Of a stretch of DNA of 54,890 nt, positions 37,072-47,041 are shown piece by piece. Each line of letters opens with the position of its first letter. The stretch's first letter is position 1. Source of the DNA: an uncultured virus (IMG/VR IMGVR_UViG_3300013127_000001) (taxonomy: Duplodnaviria; Heunggongvirae; Uroviricota; Caudoviricetes). Location of the stretch: the IMG/VR virus record IMGVR_UViG_3300013127_000001; one strand, written 5' to 3'. The notes beneath the pieces were generated by a model. That model worked only from the letters and a program-made list of their open reading frames with translations, searched no databases and was not told the DNA's origin. The position numbers and the translations under genes are program-made.

Positions 37072-38564
37072 TACCCTAGCAGCTCCTTTAACATTCCAGC
37101 TCTGGGAAAAATTTGTTTCCATTTGTTTCGCTCATAAGTCCTAGCACGACTTGCTGCCTGCATTTTCATGCCGCGGTTAAACTGATCGAGGTAGTCGTGA
37201 ACAATGCCATGCGTTTTTCCTTCAGCAATACGGCTAACACGTCCCGGAATTTGGATATCGTTGATAGCCGAACCGCCTCCAGCAGCTCGAATTAAAACAG
37301 CAAGACTGTTAAAACTAACTCCGACGTTCCATACCGTAGTACAGATCGCCTTTTTAAGTTTACCCTTTTCAAAGTCTTTTGTCAGTTTCATTCGTCGCTC
37401 TAAATCCATTAATGGCTCATCTGGTTTGCAAAATCCTTGTTTTGCGTATCTTGCGCGCTCTGATTCTGTCAAACCGTTTTCCATGTAAACCAAAGTGTAC
37501 TCAGGTAAAAGCCGCTTTAGATTCATGGCATGCTCTAGCGTGTCGACTGTAATCAACACTTGAGTGTCGTCGCTGTAGCTTCTTGCGTCATCTGCAATTA
37601 CTTGATTGCGGTATTCGTTTTTCCAGATGCCGCATCGCTTTTTCTCAACGTCTTCCCTAGCGCCACAAGGATCGTAATCCATGATCACAGAAGACCAATG
37701 GACTTCAATAGGAACTACCATTTCAGCTTCTTGTGCTTGCTGATAGTCCACCCTGAAAACAATAGGGCCAAAAATACCATGAACACGCAAGTCTTTGCCG
37801 TCCCAGCGTAAGTCGTGACTAGCAGACAACCCGTAATTACGACTGTTCTGCCAACGCACAAGTTCAGCTGAAGCCACATCCGCAGCTAATTCATGAACTT
37901 CATCACCTATCAAAATATCTGCGGTTGCCGGACTGTGCTTCATAGAACCGACTGTGTAACACATTACACGTTTGTTGCGAACGTTTTTACCACCCCCAAC
38001 AATGCCGACATCACCAACCATTTGCACAAGCTCAGGATAAATACGATCGCGCAATACTGCGACTCTTCGCGTTACTACGTCAATCTTTGCTTTTGGCAAC
38101 AAGGCTGCAATGATTCCAATCATGAAAGACTTACCAAAACCAGGAGGGCAATCAAATCGCCCACAGCGGTTTGTTAGCACTTTCTCAATAAACTCTGGTT
38201 GGTTGTCCCGCAACGAGTACTGACTTATGTTTTTCCAATGCGGTTCAAACTTTGTTGGTTGCGGTGGCGACAAGTCTTTGAAATTAACTTGATAACCTGC
38301 GCCTCGCAGAGCGTCTCGAATTAGCTTCCAAAAACCAAAACTTGTTGCAATCCTTTGTTTATGGTCCAACTCAAACAGAGTGTGTTCTACAAACTCGAAA
38401 GTTGACCGACCTTGCTTTTTTAACTGCGCTGCTTCGTAGCCAAATGCTTTTTTAGGCTCTTTGAAAGTCAGTACTGGTTTGAGAGTTGAAAAAATGCGAT
38501 CACTTGTTGGATCCAAGTAAATTAAATTTCCCGTTTTGTACAAAGTTACAACTTTAGCTGCCAT
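37071..38564 (-). CDS. SF2 helicase (UvsW-like)
   Basis: LRDNQ, PPGFGKS, DEVH, LSAS and QIPGRVSR motifs. Confidence 0.92.
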   Translation of the reverse strand: MAAKVVTLYKTGNLIYLDPTSDRIFSTLKPVLTFKEPKKAFGYEAAQLKKQGRSTFEFVEHTLFELDHKQRIATSFGFWKLIRDALRGAGYQVNFKDLSPPQPTKFEPHWKNISQYSLRDNQPEFIEKVLTNRCGRFDCPPGFGKSFMIGIIAALLPKAKIDVVTRRVAVLRDRIYPELVQMVGDVGIVGGGKNVRNKRVMCYTVGSMKHSPATADILIGDEVHELAADVASAELVRWQNSRNYGLSASHDLRWDGKDLRVHGIFGPIVFRVDYQQAQEAEMVVPIEVHWSSVIMDYDPCGAREDVEKKRCGIWKNEYRNQVIADDARSYSDDTQVLITVDTLEHAMNLKRLLPEYTLVYMENGLTESERARYAKQGFCKPDEPLMDLERRMKLTKDFEKGKLKKAICTTVWNVGVSFNSLAVLIRAAGGGSAINDIQIPGRVSRIAEGKTHGIVHDYLDQFNRGMKMQAASRARTYERNKWKQIFPRAGMLKELLG

Positions 38565-38651
38565 TCAAGCCATTCTCCTCATTGCATTTCATTTTTGTGT
38601 CGGTAAAATAACAACGGGTCATGCGACGTACACCGCAGACCGCTACACGCA

Positions 38652-38687
38652 TGCCACCTGGGTTTCGCCGCCCAGGTGGCAATTTTT
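38652..38687. other. GC-rich hairpin in a structured intergenic region
   Basis: tgccacctggg-N8-cccaggtggca 11-bp stem followed by a T-rich run on the + strand. Confidence 0.6.
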
Positions 38688-39183
38688 ATGCGTCAACGTC
38701 TACCGACAATTGACGCCTTCTTGGTTGAATGCTGATAACCTCGTAGTGACCGTATTTGCCGGGTTGCCAAGGTGAGAGACCTTTGTATTTTCCGGCAATC
38801 TGCATCAACGACCAAAAGTCTTGATCGTCAATTTCAACAGGTACTACGCAGTTGATAGTGATCGTTTGACCTTGCATAATAGATTCATGCAAACTCCAAC
38901 GTTCTCTACCTCCCGGTGACTTTTGATAGTAGCACTTGGTTAAGCACTTCTCTCGCAAAGTCGCGTCAATTTCAATATCCCAACAAATTTGCTTAATTGC
39001 TTCTTGATGACGCCCTAGCATGTCCGCAGCTAACTTCATGTTGGCATGTTGCCAAGTTGCTAAAAACAAAATTTTACCTTCACGTCCTGGACTGCGTTGA
39101 AAACGAAAACGACCTGTTTTGGAATCTTTTTCGTTTCCTAGACTGGGGTTAGTAAACCTGATGCGAACACTTAGCTCTCGCAT
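38686..39183 (-). CDS. RAMP (Cas7/Csm3-like) fold protein, tentative
   Basis: N-terminal VRIRFTNPSLG strand, HESI..GQTITI, and C-terminal Gly-rich loop AGKYKGLSPWQPGKYGHYEV. Confidence 0.55.
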   Translation of the reverse strand: MRELSVRIRFTNPSLGNEKDSKTGRFRFQRSPGREGKILFLATWQHANMKLAADMLGRHQEAIKQICWDIEIDATLREKCLTKCYYQKSPGGRERWSLHESIMQGQTITINCVVPVEIDDQDFWSLMQIAGKYKGLSPWQPGKYGHYEVISIQPRRRQLSVDVDA

Positions 39184-39189
39184 AACAAC

Positions 39190-40032
39190 TCAATCCTTGA
39201 ACTGATTAAAGTAACTCAATTTTGCTTCTTGATGCTGAAAAAACCGATCAGGATCAAAGTGATCTAGCGGTGTAAGCTGCGTCAACCAGTTGCGAACTAA
39301 AAATCCAAGTAACAATTTGCATCCATCTACGCGTTGAAGTGATCTCGCTGCAAGTTCTGACCATAACCAATTGTCATTAGGTAATGAATCCAATACCTGC
39401 ATCAAAGCAACACGTCTTTGTTGTCGCAAAACGTTTCTTTTATCTACAAGCTGCGAACGAATCAGCCCGAAATAACTTTCCAATCGAGTCATTCGATAAG
39501 GTCGTTTCGGATTCAAATACCACCGCGGATCTCCAATGCTGGCAATTACATTCGTCGCCAGTTTCCAGTCTGTCAAACCTACAAATTGACAAAACGGTTT
39601 AAGACAGTGCGAATTGTAGATTGCTCCAGTCAAGTCAGAAAACCCTTCATCATGCAAAGCTCGCAACAAAAGAAAATTGTTGTAAGTCTCACTTGAAAGG
39701 AGGTGCCATCGGTGATGCAGATTGTCATGCACTTCTAGTACTGACAAGCAAGAAAGCAACGGCGCAGGTTGGCAGTTTTTCCTAGGACAAACTTCAGGAG
39801 AACCAATCCAAATTTGCGCCTTTGCTTTTCTTCGCATCAACAATGCGTGTAGTTCCGTAATTAACCCGTAGTTAGTCGGTAAACCAACTACACGATAATT
39901 CCCTGCACGCAGTACTTCTTCTAAATCACGCAGCTTTACAGGCTTTGCTACGCCTTGAGGCGTCATGCCCCATATAATCCGATCCGAATCCATGTGAAGA
40001 CAGGTGTGCTCATGCCTTTTGCTTACGCTCAT
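39190..40032 (-). CDS. Hypothetical protein with an IS110/Nop-like segment
   Basis: VGL...VIASIGDPRWY...RLESYFGL resembles the IS110 IGDxxRF...LxxYxGL motif. Confidence 0.45.
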   Translation of the reverse strand: MSVSKRHEHTCLHMDSDRIIWGMTPQGVAKPVKLRDLEEVLRAGNYRVVGLPTNYGLITELHALLMRRKAKAQIWIGSPEVCPRKNCQPAPLLSCLSVLEVHDNLHHRWHLLSSETYNNFLLLRALHDEGFSDLTGAIYNSHCLKPFCQFVGLTDWKLATNVIASIGDPRWYLNPKRPYRMTRLESYFGLIRSQLVDKRNVLRQQRRVALMQVLDSLPNDNWLWSELAARSLQRVDGCKLLLGFLVRNWLTQLTPLDHFDPDRFFQHQEAKLSYFNQFKD

Positions 40033-42170
40033 CCTTTCTTGACCTCTATTAGCTGATCGAAAACCGTTCCAAGTTCTTGGACGTGTGTGATAACGACCAA
40101 CTGGCGACTGTGACCAACTTTTTGGGCAAGTTGTTGCAAAGCTTCATGAAAGAAATTCACATTGTCTGCATCCAACCCGGCCGTTGGCTCGTCTAGAAAC
40201 ATCATACCAACATCATGGCCAAAGACTCTATCCAGAGCAGCACGAAAAGCAATTGCTAGGATAACTTTTTGTCCTCCAGACAATTGCTTTGCTTTGACTG
40301 GCGGTTGACCTGGTAAAAATACTCTAAACGTGAGATCAGAATCGGCTTCAACTACAAACGGATTGTTGAACAACTTCAAGTTGCTGTTGATGTCATCGAT
40401 CAACAACTCGAGATTTGCTTGTGATACCGTTTTTGGCAGTTCGTTCCAGTGAAATACATCGCCAACATAAGAAATCGTTTCCAGCAAATTCCGGATTTTA
40501 GCCGTCTCGGCTAACCGAAGTTTGAGTTGAGCCAGCATTTCTTCGGAGTTTGCTTTCGTTCGCTTGAACGCACGATAGCGACCTAGTGCTATTGCCCGCT
40601 TGTTCTCGGCATCACGATGCGACTTAAGCTCTTTCTTAACTCTAGCAAATTCAGCTGCGCTAGGTGCTGCCTTAATGATATCTCGTGCAGCCTGCAACCT
40701 TGCTTCTGCACGAAATACATTTGCTTGACTTCTTTCGAGTCTACCTATAATCCCGCCTTCCGGATAACCCGATAGCTTTTCGTTCAATTCTTCAATCAAA
40801 GCGCTGCACTTTTTTTCTTTACGTAACCAATCTTTAGCTTCTTCAACCGTTAAGTTGTTTTCGATTGAATCAGATTCTTCAGCAGATTGTAGCTTTTCCA
40901 GTTGTGCCTCTAGCCGTGTTACAGTTTCAACCCAGCCTTGTAGCGATTGCTGCCTTGCTGCTTCTTCGTTGTCATACATTTCCGAATATTGCAATGCTAC
41001 GACAAGGTTTGAACGCTTTTTCTCGTTTTCAGCCAAACTGGCTTTAAGCTTTTGCTTATGCTTATCGTCAATTGGCTGTAAGCAAGTCTGACAGACTGCA
41101 TTGTCTAATTGGGATGCTTTAGCTGCCTTGATCATGCTAGTCAAGCTTGCAATTGACTCCTTTGTAGAAGACCGAATACTTGGCGAGATATACAGCTCTA
41201 CTTTGCATTTATCTGCGTCAGCACGTTCTTTAACCATCAATTTTGCGTCGCTTAAATCGATGGCAGTTTCTTTTATTAGACTTGCAATATTGTCACGAGA
41301 TTTTTGAGATTTCAAAAACGCTCTTGCAGCTGCAATAGCTTCTTCTGATTTCTTCAACCAAGCTTGTTTGGCTTTGATTTTATCCTCTAGATCAATCCTG
41401 GCTTCAGTCAGCGTTGTCTTTTCCTCTAGTGACAAAGTAAGCAAACCATTTGCTCTTGCTTCTTGTTCTCTAGCTTCTATAACACGCTTACCTGCCTGAT
41501 AAAGGTTCTGTGCTGCATCTAGCGCCTCTTCAGAAAGCAACCAAGCTTCAGCTTCTTTACCTTCTTTCTTAGCCTCGTCCATTGATTGTTTCGCTTCAGC
41601 AATTGCGGCTTCTAGCTCAACCGAGTTGTCAACAATCTCTATGTCTTGCTGCCGAGTTACATAGTCGGAACACACTTTGTTAATCTGACTTGCAATCTCA
41701 GTGCCGCAAAGAAATTGAAACGTTTTAGCTCGTTCGCTAGCTGTCTCGTTCAAAAAGCCAAACATTTGCCACTGGTCAACAAAGACATACTTGTCGATCA
41801 CTGACTTGGTAATGTTCAGTTCAGCCGTTACTGCGTCATTGACTTCGTTAGCCTTCGTATACGATTTTCCTCCAATAGAAAATTCGTTACCGCTTGGCCG
41901 CAGAGATCGCGTAAGCAAAAACTCTTGACCACGATGTACGCCTTCAAGCTGAATAAAACTAGGTTCTGTCCCTGATCCATTTCGGATAATGTCAGACTTG
42001 ACAGTTGAAAAGCGACTGAAATCATTTGTCAGCGCTGCGTAGATGCTGTTTACCAACGTAGACTTGCCTGCGCCGTTTGCGCCGACAATACCAATAAGAC
42101 CGCTAGTCAAATCAACTTGAAAGTGACGATGCGGTCCAATGTTTTGCAACCTAACTCTGGTTATCTGCAC
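40029..42170 (-). CDS. sbcC: SbcC/Rad50-like ATPase
   Basis: GANGAGKST, coiled coil, CQTC hook, LSGGQ, LDEPT and ITH motifs. Confidence 0.93.
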   Translation of the reverse strand: MQITRVRLQNIGPHRHFQVDLTSGLIGIVGANGAGKSTLVNSIYAALTNDFSRFSTVKSDIIRNGSGTEPSFIQLEGVHRGQEFLLTRSLRPSGNEFSIGGKSYTKANEVNDAVTAELNITKSVIDKYVFVDQWQMFGFLNETASERAKTFQFLCGTEIASQINKVCSDYVTRQQDIEIVDNSVELEAAIAEAKQSMDEAKKEGKEAEAWLLSEEALDAAQNLYQAGKRVIEAREQEARANGLLTLSLEEKTTLTEARIDLEDKIKAKQAWLKKSEEAIAAARAFLKSQKSRDNIASLIKETAIDLSDAKLMVKERADADKCKVELYISPSIRSSTKESIASLTSMIKAAKASQLDNAVCQTCLQPIDDKHKQKLKASLAENEKKRSNLVVALQYSEMYDNEEAARQQSLQGWVETVTRLEAQLEKLQSAEESDSIENNLTVEEAKDWLRKEKKCSALIEELNEKLSGYPEGGIIGRLERSQANVFRAEARLQAARDIIKAAPSAAEFARVKKELKSHRDAENKRAIALGRYRAFKRTKANSEEMLAQLKLRLAETAKIRNLLETISYVGDVFHWNELPKTVSQANLELLIDDINSNLKLFNNPFVVEADSDLTFRVFLPGQPPVKAKQLSGGQKVILAIAFRAALDRVFGHDVGMMFLDEPTAGLDADNVNFFHEALQQLAQKVGHSRQLVVITHVQELGTVFDQLIEVKKG

Positions 42171-43275
42171 TGGTTTGTTCCTTTATCCAACGATGGAGAG
42201 TTTGTTCTGGGTCTGGACTTTGCACTAAAGCCAAAGCCAACGAATAACTTAAAGGTTGTGTTTGTGGATCCAAAAACTGATCCAAACAACTCAACATGCT
42301 TACACGATCACTCGCATCGAGATAGTCAACCACTTTGTCTTCTTCTGTGGTATGGTTTGTCACTTGCTTGAAAAACAAGTGCGCGGCCGAACCCCATCTG
42401 GTTTGAAACCGGTTAACCAGTTCGTTGTCATCTACGTGATGCGTTAAGTGAATAAGCGGCATACGAAGCTGATCTGGAAAATTATGCTTTGCTGCATATT
42501 CGCTTGCAGATTCAAGCTCAGCTTTAACTCGTTTGTCGAGCGCAGCTTCGGACTTGAAACTTTTAGCGATTAACCAAATACATCGACGCGTAAACAGTTC
42601 CAGCGATTTGATCTTGGGTTTTTCTTCTCGACTGCCCAATTCCAACAAAAAGACAAAATGGTCTTCAGGTTCTGTAATTGACCGCATGTGCGTGCTGCCT
42701 GGCGACAACACAGTTAACTTGCCAAATTGTTGACAGATGTGCTCGTGGTAATCGCCAGTAATTAGCAATTTGACGTTTTCTGGGATGTCAGCAAACTCGC
42801 CCTGCGGCTTTCCAACTTCTCCCATAAAGTCTTTCCAAACTTGGTGACAGACGAGAATATCTGCTGCTTTAGCTCGAAAACTCTTTAGGAACGTTTGCAG
42901 ATTGTCTGCGTTTTGGTAGTCGCACCCAGAAATTACCCAGCCTTTCGGTGTAACGTAATCCAGCAATTGAAGCCATTGCGTACCAGGTCCGGCCGATATC
43001 CAAGGTTGAGCTTGAAACTCGTGCTGTCCTTGATTGTAAAGTACACGAATGCCTTCTTTTGATAATTCGGTTATACCTTCCAGCAAATGTTGAACAGGAG
43101 CAGACAAGTTCTGCTGCTTATCAAGCACATCTCCTGCTAGAATAACCGCGTGGACTCGTTCGCTAATTGCTAGGTCTACAATCTGGTGCCAGCTATGGTA
43201 GCTGTCACCTTCAATTGCTCGGTGTCGCCAAATGCGATCAGACAAGTGCAGATCGCTAGTAACTAAAATTCTCAT
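42151..43275 (-). CDS. sbcD: SbcD/Mre11-like metallophosphoesterase nuclease
   Basis: SDLH, AGDVLD, GQHE, CHQ, GDYH and PGS motifs. Start MRILV at 43275. Confidence 0.9.
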   Translation of the reverse strand: MRILVTSDLHLSDRIWRHRAIEGDSYHSWHQIVDLAISERVHAVILAGDVLDKQQNLSAPVQHLLEGITELSKEGIRVLYNQGQHEFQAQPWISAGPGTQWLQLLDYVTPKGWVISGCDYQNADNLQTFLKSFRAKAADILVCHQVWKDFMGEVGKPQGEFADIPENVKLLITGDYHEHICQQFGKLTVLSPGSTHMRSITEPEDHFVFLLELGSREEKPKIKSLELFTRRCIWLIAKSFKSEAALDKRVKAELESASEYAAKHNFPDQLRMPLIHLTHHVDDNELVNRFQTRWGSAAHLFFKQVTNHTTEEDKVVDYLDASDRVSMLSCLDQFLDPQTQPLSYSLALALVQSPDPEQTLHRWIKEQTSADNQS

Positions 43276-43297
43276 ACAAAACTCCGTTGAGGAAAAT

Positions 43298-43687
43298 ATG
43301 AAGGTACAACCTGTAGCCATGCCTGTTTGCGAATTGTGCGATCGTTATACCATTGCGCAGCTTAAACTTGAGCGATTACCAGATTCGGAAATCGACAAGG
43401 AAGGATTGCGGCGTCAAATCAGGTATTATGACAGTGGTATTGATCGCTCCTTGCCGGGTATGGCAGATTTTCTTTGTAACCTTTTGGAAATTAACGCTAG
43501 CATTTGGGATGCTGAAGCTGCTATCCGACAAGGGCTCGATGCCGACCTCGGTTTAAGCGAGATCGGCATTCGAGCTATTCATATTCGAGACCTAAATCGT
43601 ATTCGAGTTAGGATTAAAAACCAGATTGCCGAACTGGTAAGCCAATCGGACTTTGTTGATTGCAAAATGAATCACGCTAGTAGTTAG
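43298..43687 (+). CDS. DUF6165/DUF4254-like helical protein
   Basis: ELCDRYTIAQLK...IN..IWDAE..IR...N..R..IKNQI pattern; GAGG RBS; one of few + strand genes. Confidence 0.7.
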   Translation: MKVQPVAMPVCELCDRYTIAQLKLERLPDSEIDKEGLRRQIRYYDSGIDRSLPGMADFLCNLLEINASIWDAEAAIRQGLDADLGLSEIGIRAIHIRDLNRIRVRIKNQIAELVSQSDFVDCKMNHASS

Positions 43688-44411
43688 TGCGATATTCATC
43701 AAGCTGCACATCGTAACCCATGTTCTTAAGCCTCTCAGTCAACTCCGAAGTGCTTACGAATAAGTACTTCGGAACACTTAACACAATTTCATGTGTTTCT
43801 GGCTTGACGTTTCCAGACAAGTGTAGCGCTGCAAAGCTTTGACACACTGACTCTACTGTGTCTTCTTCTCCGATAAACCCACCACAAGAGTCGTACTCTT
43901 GTTCTTCAATCTCAGCTAGAGCTGGTCCGCACTTGCAAGATGGACAACCATGTAAAGTGCTGTGCGGATCTACAGGTAACTTTTGATCGTATGTGAGCGC
44001 ATACCACCAGCAGTCGCCGCGAGCCCATGCGTCAAAAGACTCGATCATGCCTCGCGCAGCTTTAAGTCTGTTTTCTTTGGGTATCTCATACTTGCCTTCT
44101 GTTTGCAGCAAGATAATGTACCCTGCCAAACGACGAGTATCCCACGGACAAGAGTTCTTATTGTCCTGCTGCAAAAACCAATGCGCGCCACTGTGACGAT
44201 AACAACTAACAGGCCAATACTTGACGTCAAGATCAGCAGTAGTCAAACCTTCGGACTCAAGCGTCCACTCATCGGCTTTGACGTCGTACATGCTATCCAT
44301 ACGAAACGTAACAAATTTCCAAAGATCATTTTCATCAAATGGCGATATTCCCTCTGAGTCCATGTCCAACTTGAGTTTGATTTTCATTTTGGTGTTCATT
44401 GCTATGCTCAT
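43677..44411 (-). CDS. Hypothetical phage protein
   Basis: YRHSG...WD...G and DSCGGF motifs; start approximate. Confidence 0.65.
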   Translation of the reverse strand: MSIAMNTKMKIKLKLDMDSEGISPFDENDLWKFVTFRMDSMYDVKADEWTLESEGLTTADLDVKYWPVSCYRHSGAHWFLQQDNKNSCPWDTRRLAGYIILLQTEGKYEIPKENRLKAARGMIESFDAWARGDCWWYALTYDQKLPVDPHSTLHGCPSCKCGPALAEIEEQEYDSCGGFIGEEDTVESVCQSFAALHLSGNVKPETHEIVLSVPKYLFVSTSELTERLKNMGYDVQLDEYRTNY

Positions 44412-44422
44412 TTGTTTGTCTT

Positions 44423-44707
44423 TCAAGGTAACATTTTTGTTGTTTTCTTGTTGCGGTCGATTACTTCGACCGCGCACAAAGTTTCAATCCACACTCTTGC
44501 ACCACAACTTAGTTTCTTGTCTAGAGGTTGTGTCACAATTGCAACAAGCTCACCCTGCTTGTCGTAAATCAAAACTTCGTGTCCGTACGTGTTGTCTTTG
44601 CTTTGCTTGACCGTAATGACAGGTTCGTCAGTCGCGCGCTTCAAGTTTCGCTTGATTGCGTGCTGGTTGACGTGAATTCTTTTGATTCCTTTCTTAATCT
44701 TCGTCAT
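44423..44707 (-). CDS. Hypothetical phage protein
   Basis: IHVNQHAIKRN...LSCGARVWIET motif. Confidence 0.7.
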   Translation of the reverse strand: MTKIKKGIKRIHVNQHAIKRNLKRATDEPVITVKQSKDNTYGHEVLIYDKQGELVAIVTQPLDKKLSCGARVWIETLCAVEVIDRNKKTTKMLP

Positions 44708-45248
44708 CGTTCGAGTTGAACAAGTTGTCGAAGTCGATTTCCGTGTTGTCATAGCTTTCGCCCTTCTGAAAGTTGTTGATCTCTTGAAAAGCCTTTTTGA
44801 CCTTTTTCAAGAACTCCTTTGACGCTTTTACTTTGAACTCATGATCTTTTGCTTCCCGTTGCTCGGAGTTCAAAAATGCAACGCTCAATAAAAGCGAAGC
44901 CATTCGCAAAATGTTGATGCGATGAAAAATGCAAGCGTCAGTTTGCCAGTCAATTTCCGACTCATAGTTTCGTACTACGTCGTCGTAACGCTCGCGAATT
45001 TGCCGTAACACTTGCCACGACATAAACATGTCAGGTACAGACAAGTTAATAAACTTGTCAAAATTTTCAGGTGTCGGTAAGACACCCATTTCTGGAATCC
45101 AAGGAGACTCTGGAGCGTCAAGACGTGACGCTTCTACGTTAGCCCAGTCTCTGTGCTCAGACGTCCAGGCATACAACTCCTGCAATGCCTGATACAGGTT
45201 TTGCGGCGAGGAGTTATTCTTCGGATACGGAGGACTGATGATTTCCAT
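44694..45248 (-). CDS. Hypothetical protein
   Basis: Likely start MEIISPP at 45248. Confidence 0.6.
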   Translation of the reverse strand: MEIISPPYPKNNSSPQNLYQALQELYAWTSEHRDWANVEASRLDAPESPWIPEMGVLPTPENFDKFINLSVPDMFMSWQVLRQIRERYDDVVRNYESEIDWQTDACIFHRINILRMASLLLSVAFLNSEQREAKDHEFKVKASKEFLKKVKKAFQEINNFQKGESYDNTEIDFDNLFNSNDDED

Positions 45249-46077
45249 CTGTGTTTCTTTCTCGATAGTGAGTGATACGTAACAGTTTTGTCGACTTGGT
45301 TTTTGACGACAAAACTGCATTTGAAAAAAAGTCAAAGTTCTCATTTTCGTACAACGGCAACCATGATAACGAAGCCATGTGCGACATAAGCTTAAAGATG
45401 TTTTCTGTCGTTGCTTTGGGCTCTCGAGCGATACTCAGAGCAGGAGAAACTGCGCGACGATTCAAAGCAGCTGTCACATCGCAGGACCTAGGCACAATTT
45501 GAAAACCGATGTGATAGTAGGATGAAAAAGTCTGGCGATTACTGGCACTGTAATACAACCAAGGAAAACCTAATTGCACAGTAACCAAAGCTTTACACCA
45601 CTGATGCGGACCGTAGTTTGACGCAAAAAACGGAAGTGGTTTTGCGTTAAAGTTAATCCTACGCCAAGCAACAATTGCGTGCTTTTCTCGAACTGGTTTT
45701 AGTACTTCGTGAAGCGCCAAATAAGTCGGAAGAAGCCAACGGCGCACAAAACACCAAGGACAAATCTGAGGCTGAGTACAGAATCGAGTTATTGGTGTGA
45801 CGTCAAAACCGACCGGACAACAATTCAACCTGTACACATTTCGCAATTTGTTTTCTTTGTCCAAGTTCATTAACCGAAAATACTGAGAGCGCAAACTGCG
45901 TTGAAGTAAAATCGTTTTTGCAACCGGAGATTTATTTTCGTGCCCTGGCATAGCGCTTAAGACACACTCACACAAAAGACGAAACGACACCTGGCTCTTA
46001 ACCGAAGTTGAAAGCTTGTGAAGAACTACACCTTTGAGTTTAGTTTGAGTTGTTGCTTCAACTTCATCCATAATCAT
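45214..46077 (-). CDS. Hypothetical protein with Cys cluster
   Basis: 287-aa ORF with CC...C...CPWC. Confidence 0.6.
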   Translation of the reverse strand: MIMDEVEATTQTKLKGVVLHKLSTSVKSQVSFRLLCECVLSAMPGHENKSPVAKTILLQRSLRSQYFRLMNLDKENKLRNVYRLNCCPVGFDVTPITRFCTQPQICPWCFVRRWLLPTYLALHEVLKPVREKHAIVAWRRINFNAKPLPFFASNYGPHQWCKALVTVQLGFPWLYYSASNRQTFSSYYHIGFQIVPRSCDVTAALNRRAVSPALSIAREPKATTENIFKLMSHMASLSWLPLYENENFDFFSNAVLSSKTKSTKLLRITHYRERNTDGNHQSSVSEE

Positions 46078-46082
46078 GGTTA

Positions 46083-46094
46083 AATTCCGGAATT
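46083..46094. promoter_or_regulatory. Intergenic palindrome AATTCCGGAATT, copy 2
   Basis: Perfect palindrome 5 nt upstream of the ATG at 46077. Confidence 0.55.
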
Positions 46095-46428
46095 AAGAAA
46101 ACAAAAAAGGAGATCGCCAACAGTAATTTTCAAGATAGTCTCGCAACTTGGTTAATTCTTTTACCGGGCAGTCTTGAATCAACTGAATAACCTCTGATGC
46201 ACATTTGTGCATTTCTTCAGCAGCTCGATCTGCGTTAGTAACTCCACAATACAACTCCCAGCCTCGTTCTGTTTTTGGCACAACAACAGCTGCACCTGTA
46301 ATAGCTTGTTTTAACAAGCATTGAAAAATTACGTCAGGCTCAGTGTCTCCTGCGCCTTGCGGTGCAAATGTTCTTTGCAGCGATTCAAATTTGCTAATAC
46401 CCGCGTGAATCTGTTCCAAGTAAGTCAT
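46093..46428 (-). CDS. Hypothetical protein
   Basis: 111-aa ORF with an AAGGA RBS. Confidence 0.65.
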   Translation of the reverse strand: MTYLEQIHAGISKFESLQRTFAPQGAGDTEPDVIFQCLLKQAITGAAVVVPKTERGWELYCGVTNADRAAEEMHKCASEVIQLIQDCPVKELTKLRDYLENYCWRSPFLFS

Positions 46429-46460
46429 AAATTTTCCTTGTAGAGTTGAGGTAAATGAAA

Positions 46461-46487
46461 CAAAAGCCCCGAATTACGCATCGGGGC
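46461..46487 (-). terminator. Possible terminator
   Basis: GCCCCGA-N8-TCGGGGC followed by TTTTG on the minus strand. Confidence 0.5.
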
Positions 46488-46646
46488 CACCGCGGAACGG
46501 AGTCGTTCTTTCCGTGGTTAAGGGCAAATGAGACCCCTGGCACTCACGGAGCACCGCCAATTTAGTCCGGTCACTCCGAGACTAGGTTTGGCAACCTTTG
46601 CTGCGCTTGCGCAGTTAGCATTGTACCACAAAAGAAGACGTTTTGT

Positions 46647-47015
46647 CTACAGCACAAGTTGCGAATTCGCAGCTTGTGCTATTTATCCTCTACGAGGATA
46701 TGTAGGGCTGGCTTAAACCAGCTCTACTCATATAAAAAAATCTAATGCAGATTTTTTGTAGCCAAAAGTTTTGCGGCAACTCAACAGCCTAGGAAGAGAC
46801 GCCGCCAGTACATCATCTTTTAGGTATTTTTAGAAACTCAAATAGGTACTTCGTGGCCGTACTCCCTTCAGAGGAGCCGTTGGAGGGTTTCACTTCTCCA
46901 GCGTCGATTCGCCCACCACTTTTCCCGAGCCAAAAAGGGCCTACACACGCGAGGTTTTACATATCCTCGTAGAGGATAAATAGCACAAGCTGCGAATTCG
47001 CAACTTGTGCTGTAG
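46647..47015. repeat. Perfect 58-bp inverted repeat pair (46647-46704 and 46958-47015) around a 253-bp non-coding core
   Basis: The arms are exact reverse complements. Each contains a 30-bp near-palindrome centred on GAATTC and a tatcctc-N3-gaggata hairpin. Confidence 0.92.
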
Positions 47016-47041
47016 GCTAAAAACCCCTCTTTTGGGTATTT

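Noticed and set aside
46488..46640. Possible tRNA or tmRNA
   Set aside because: Some hairpins, but no cloverleaf, T-loop consensus or tag frame recognised.
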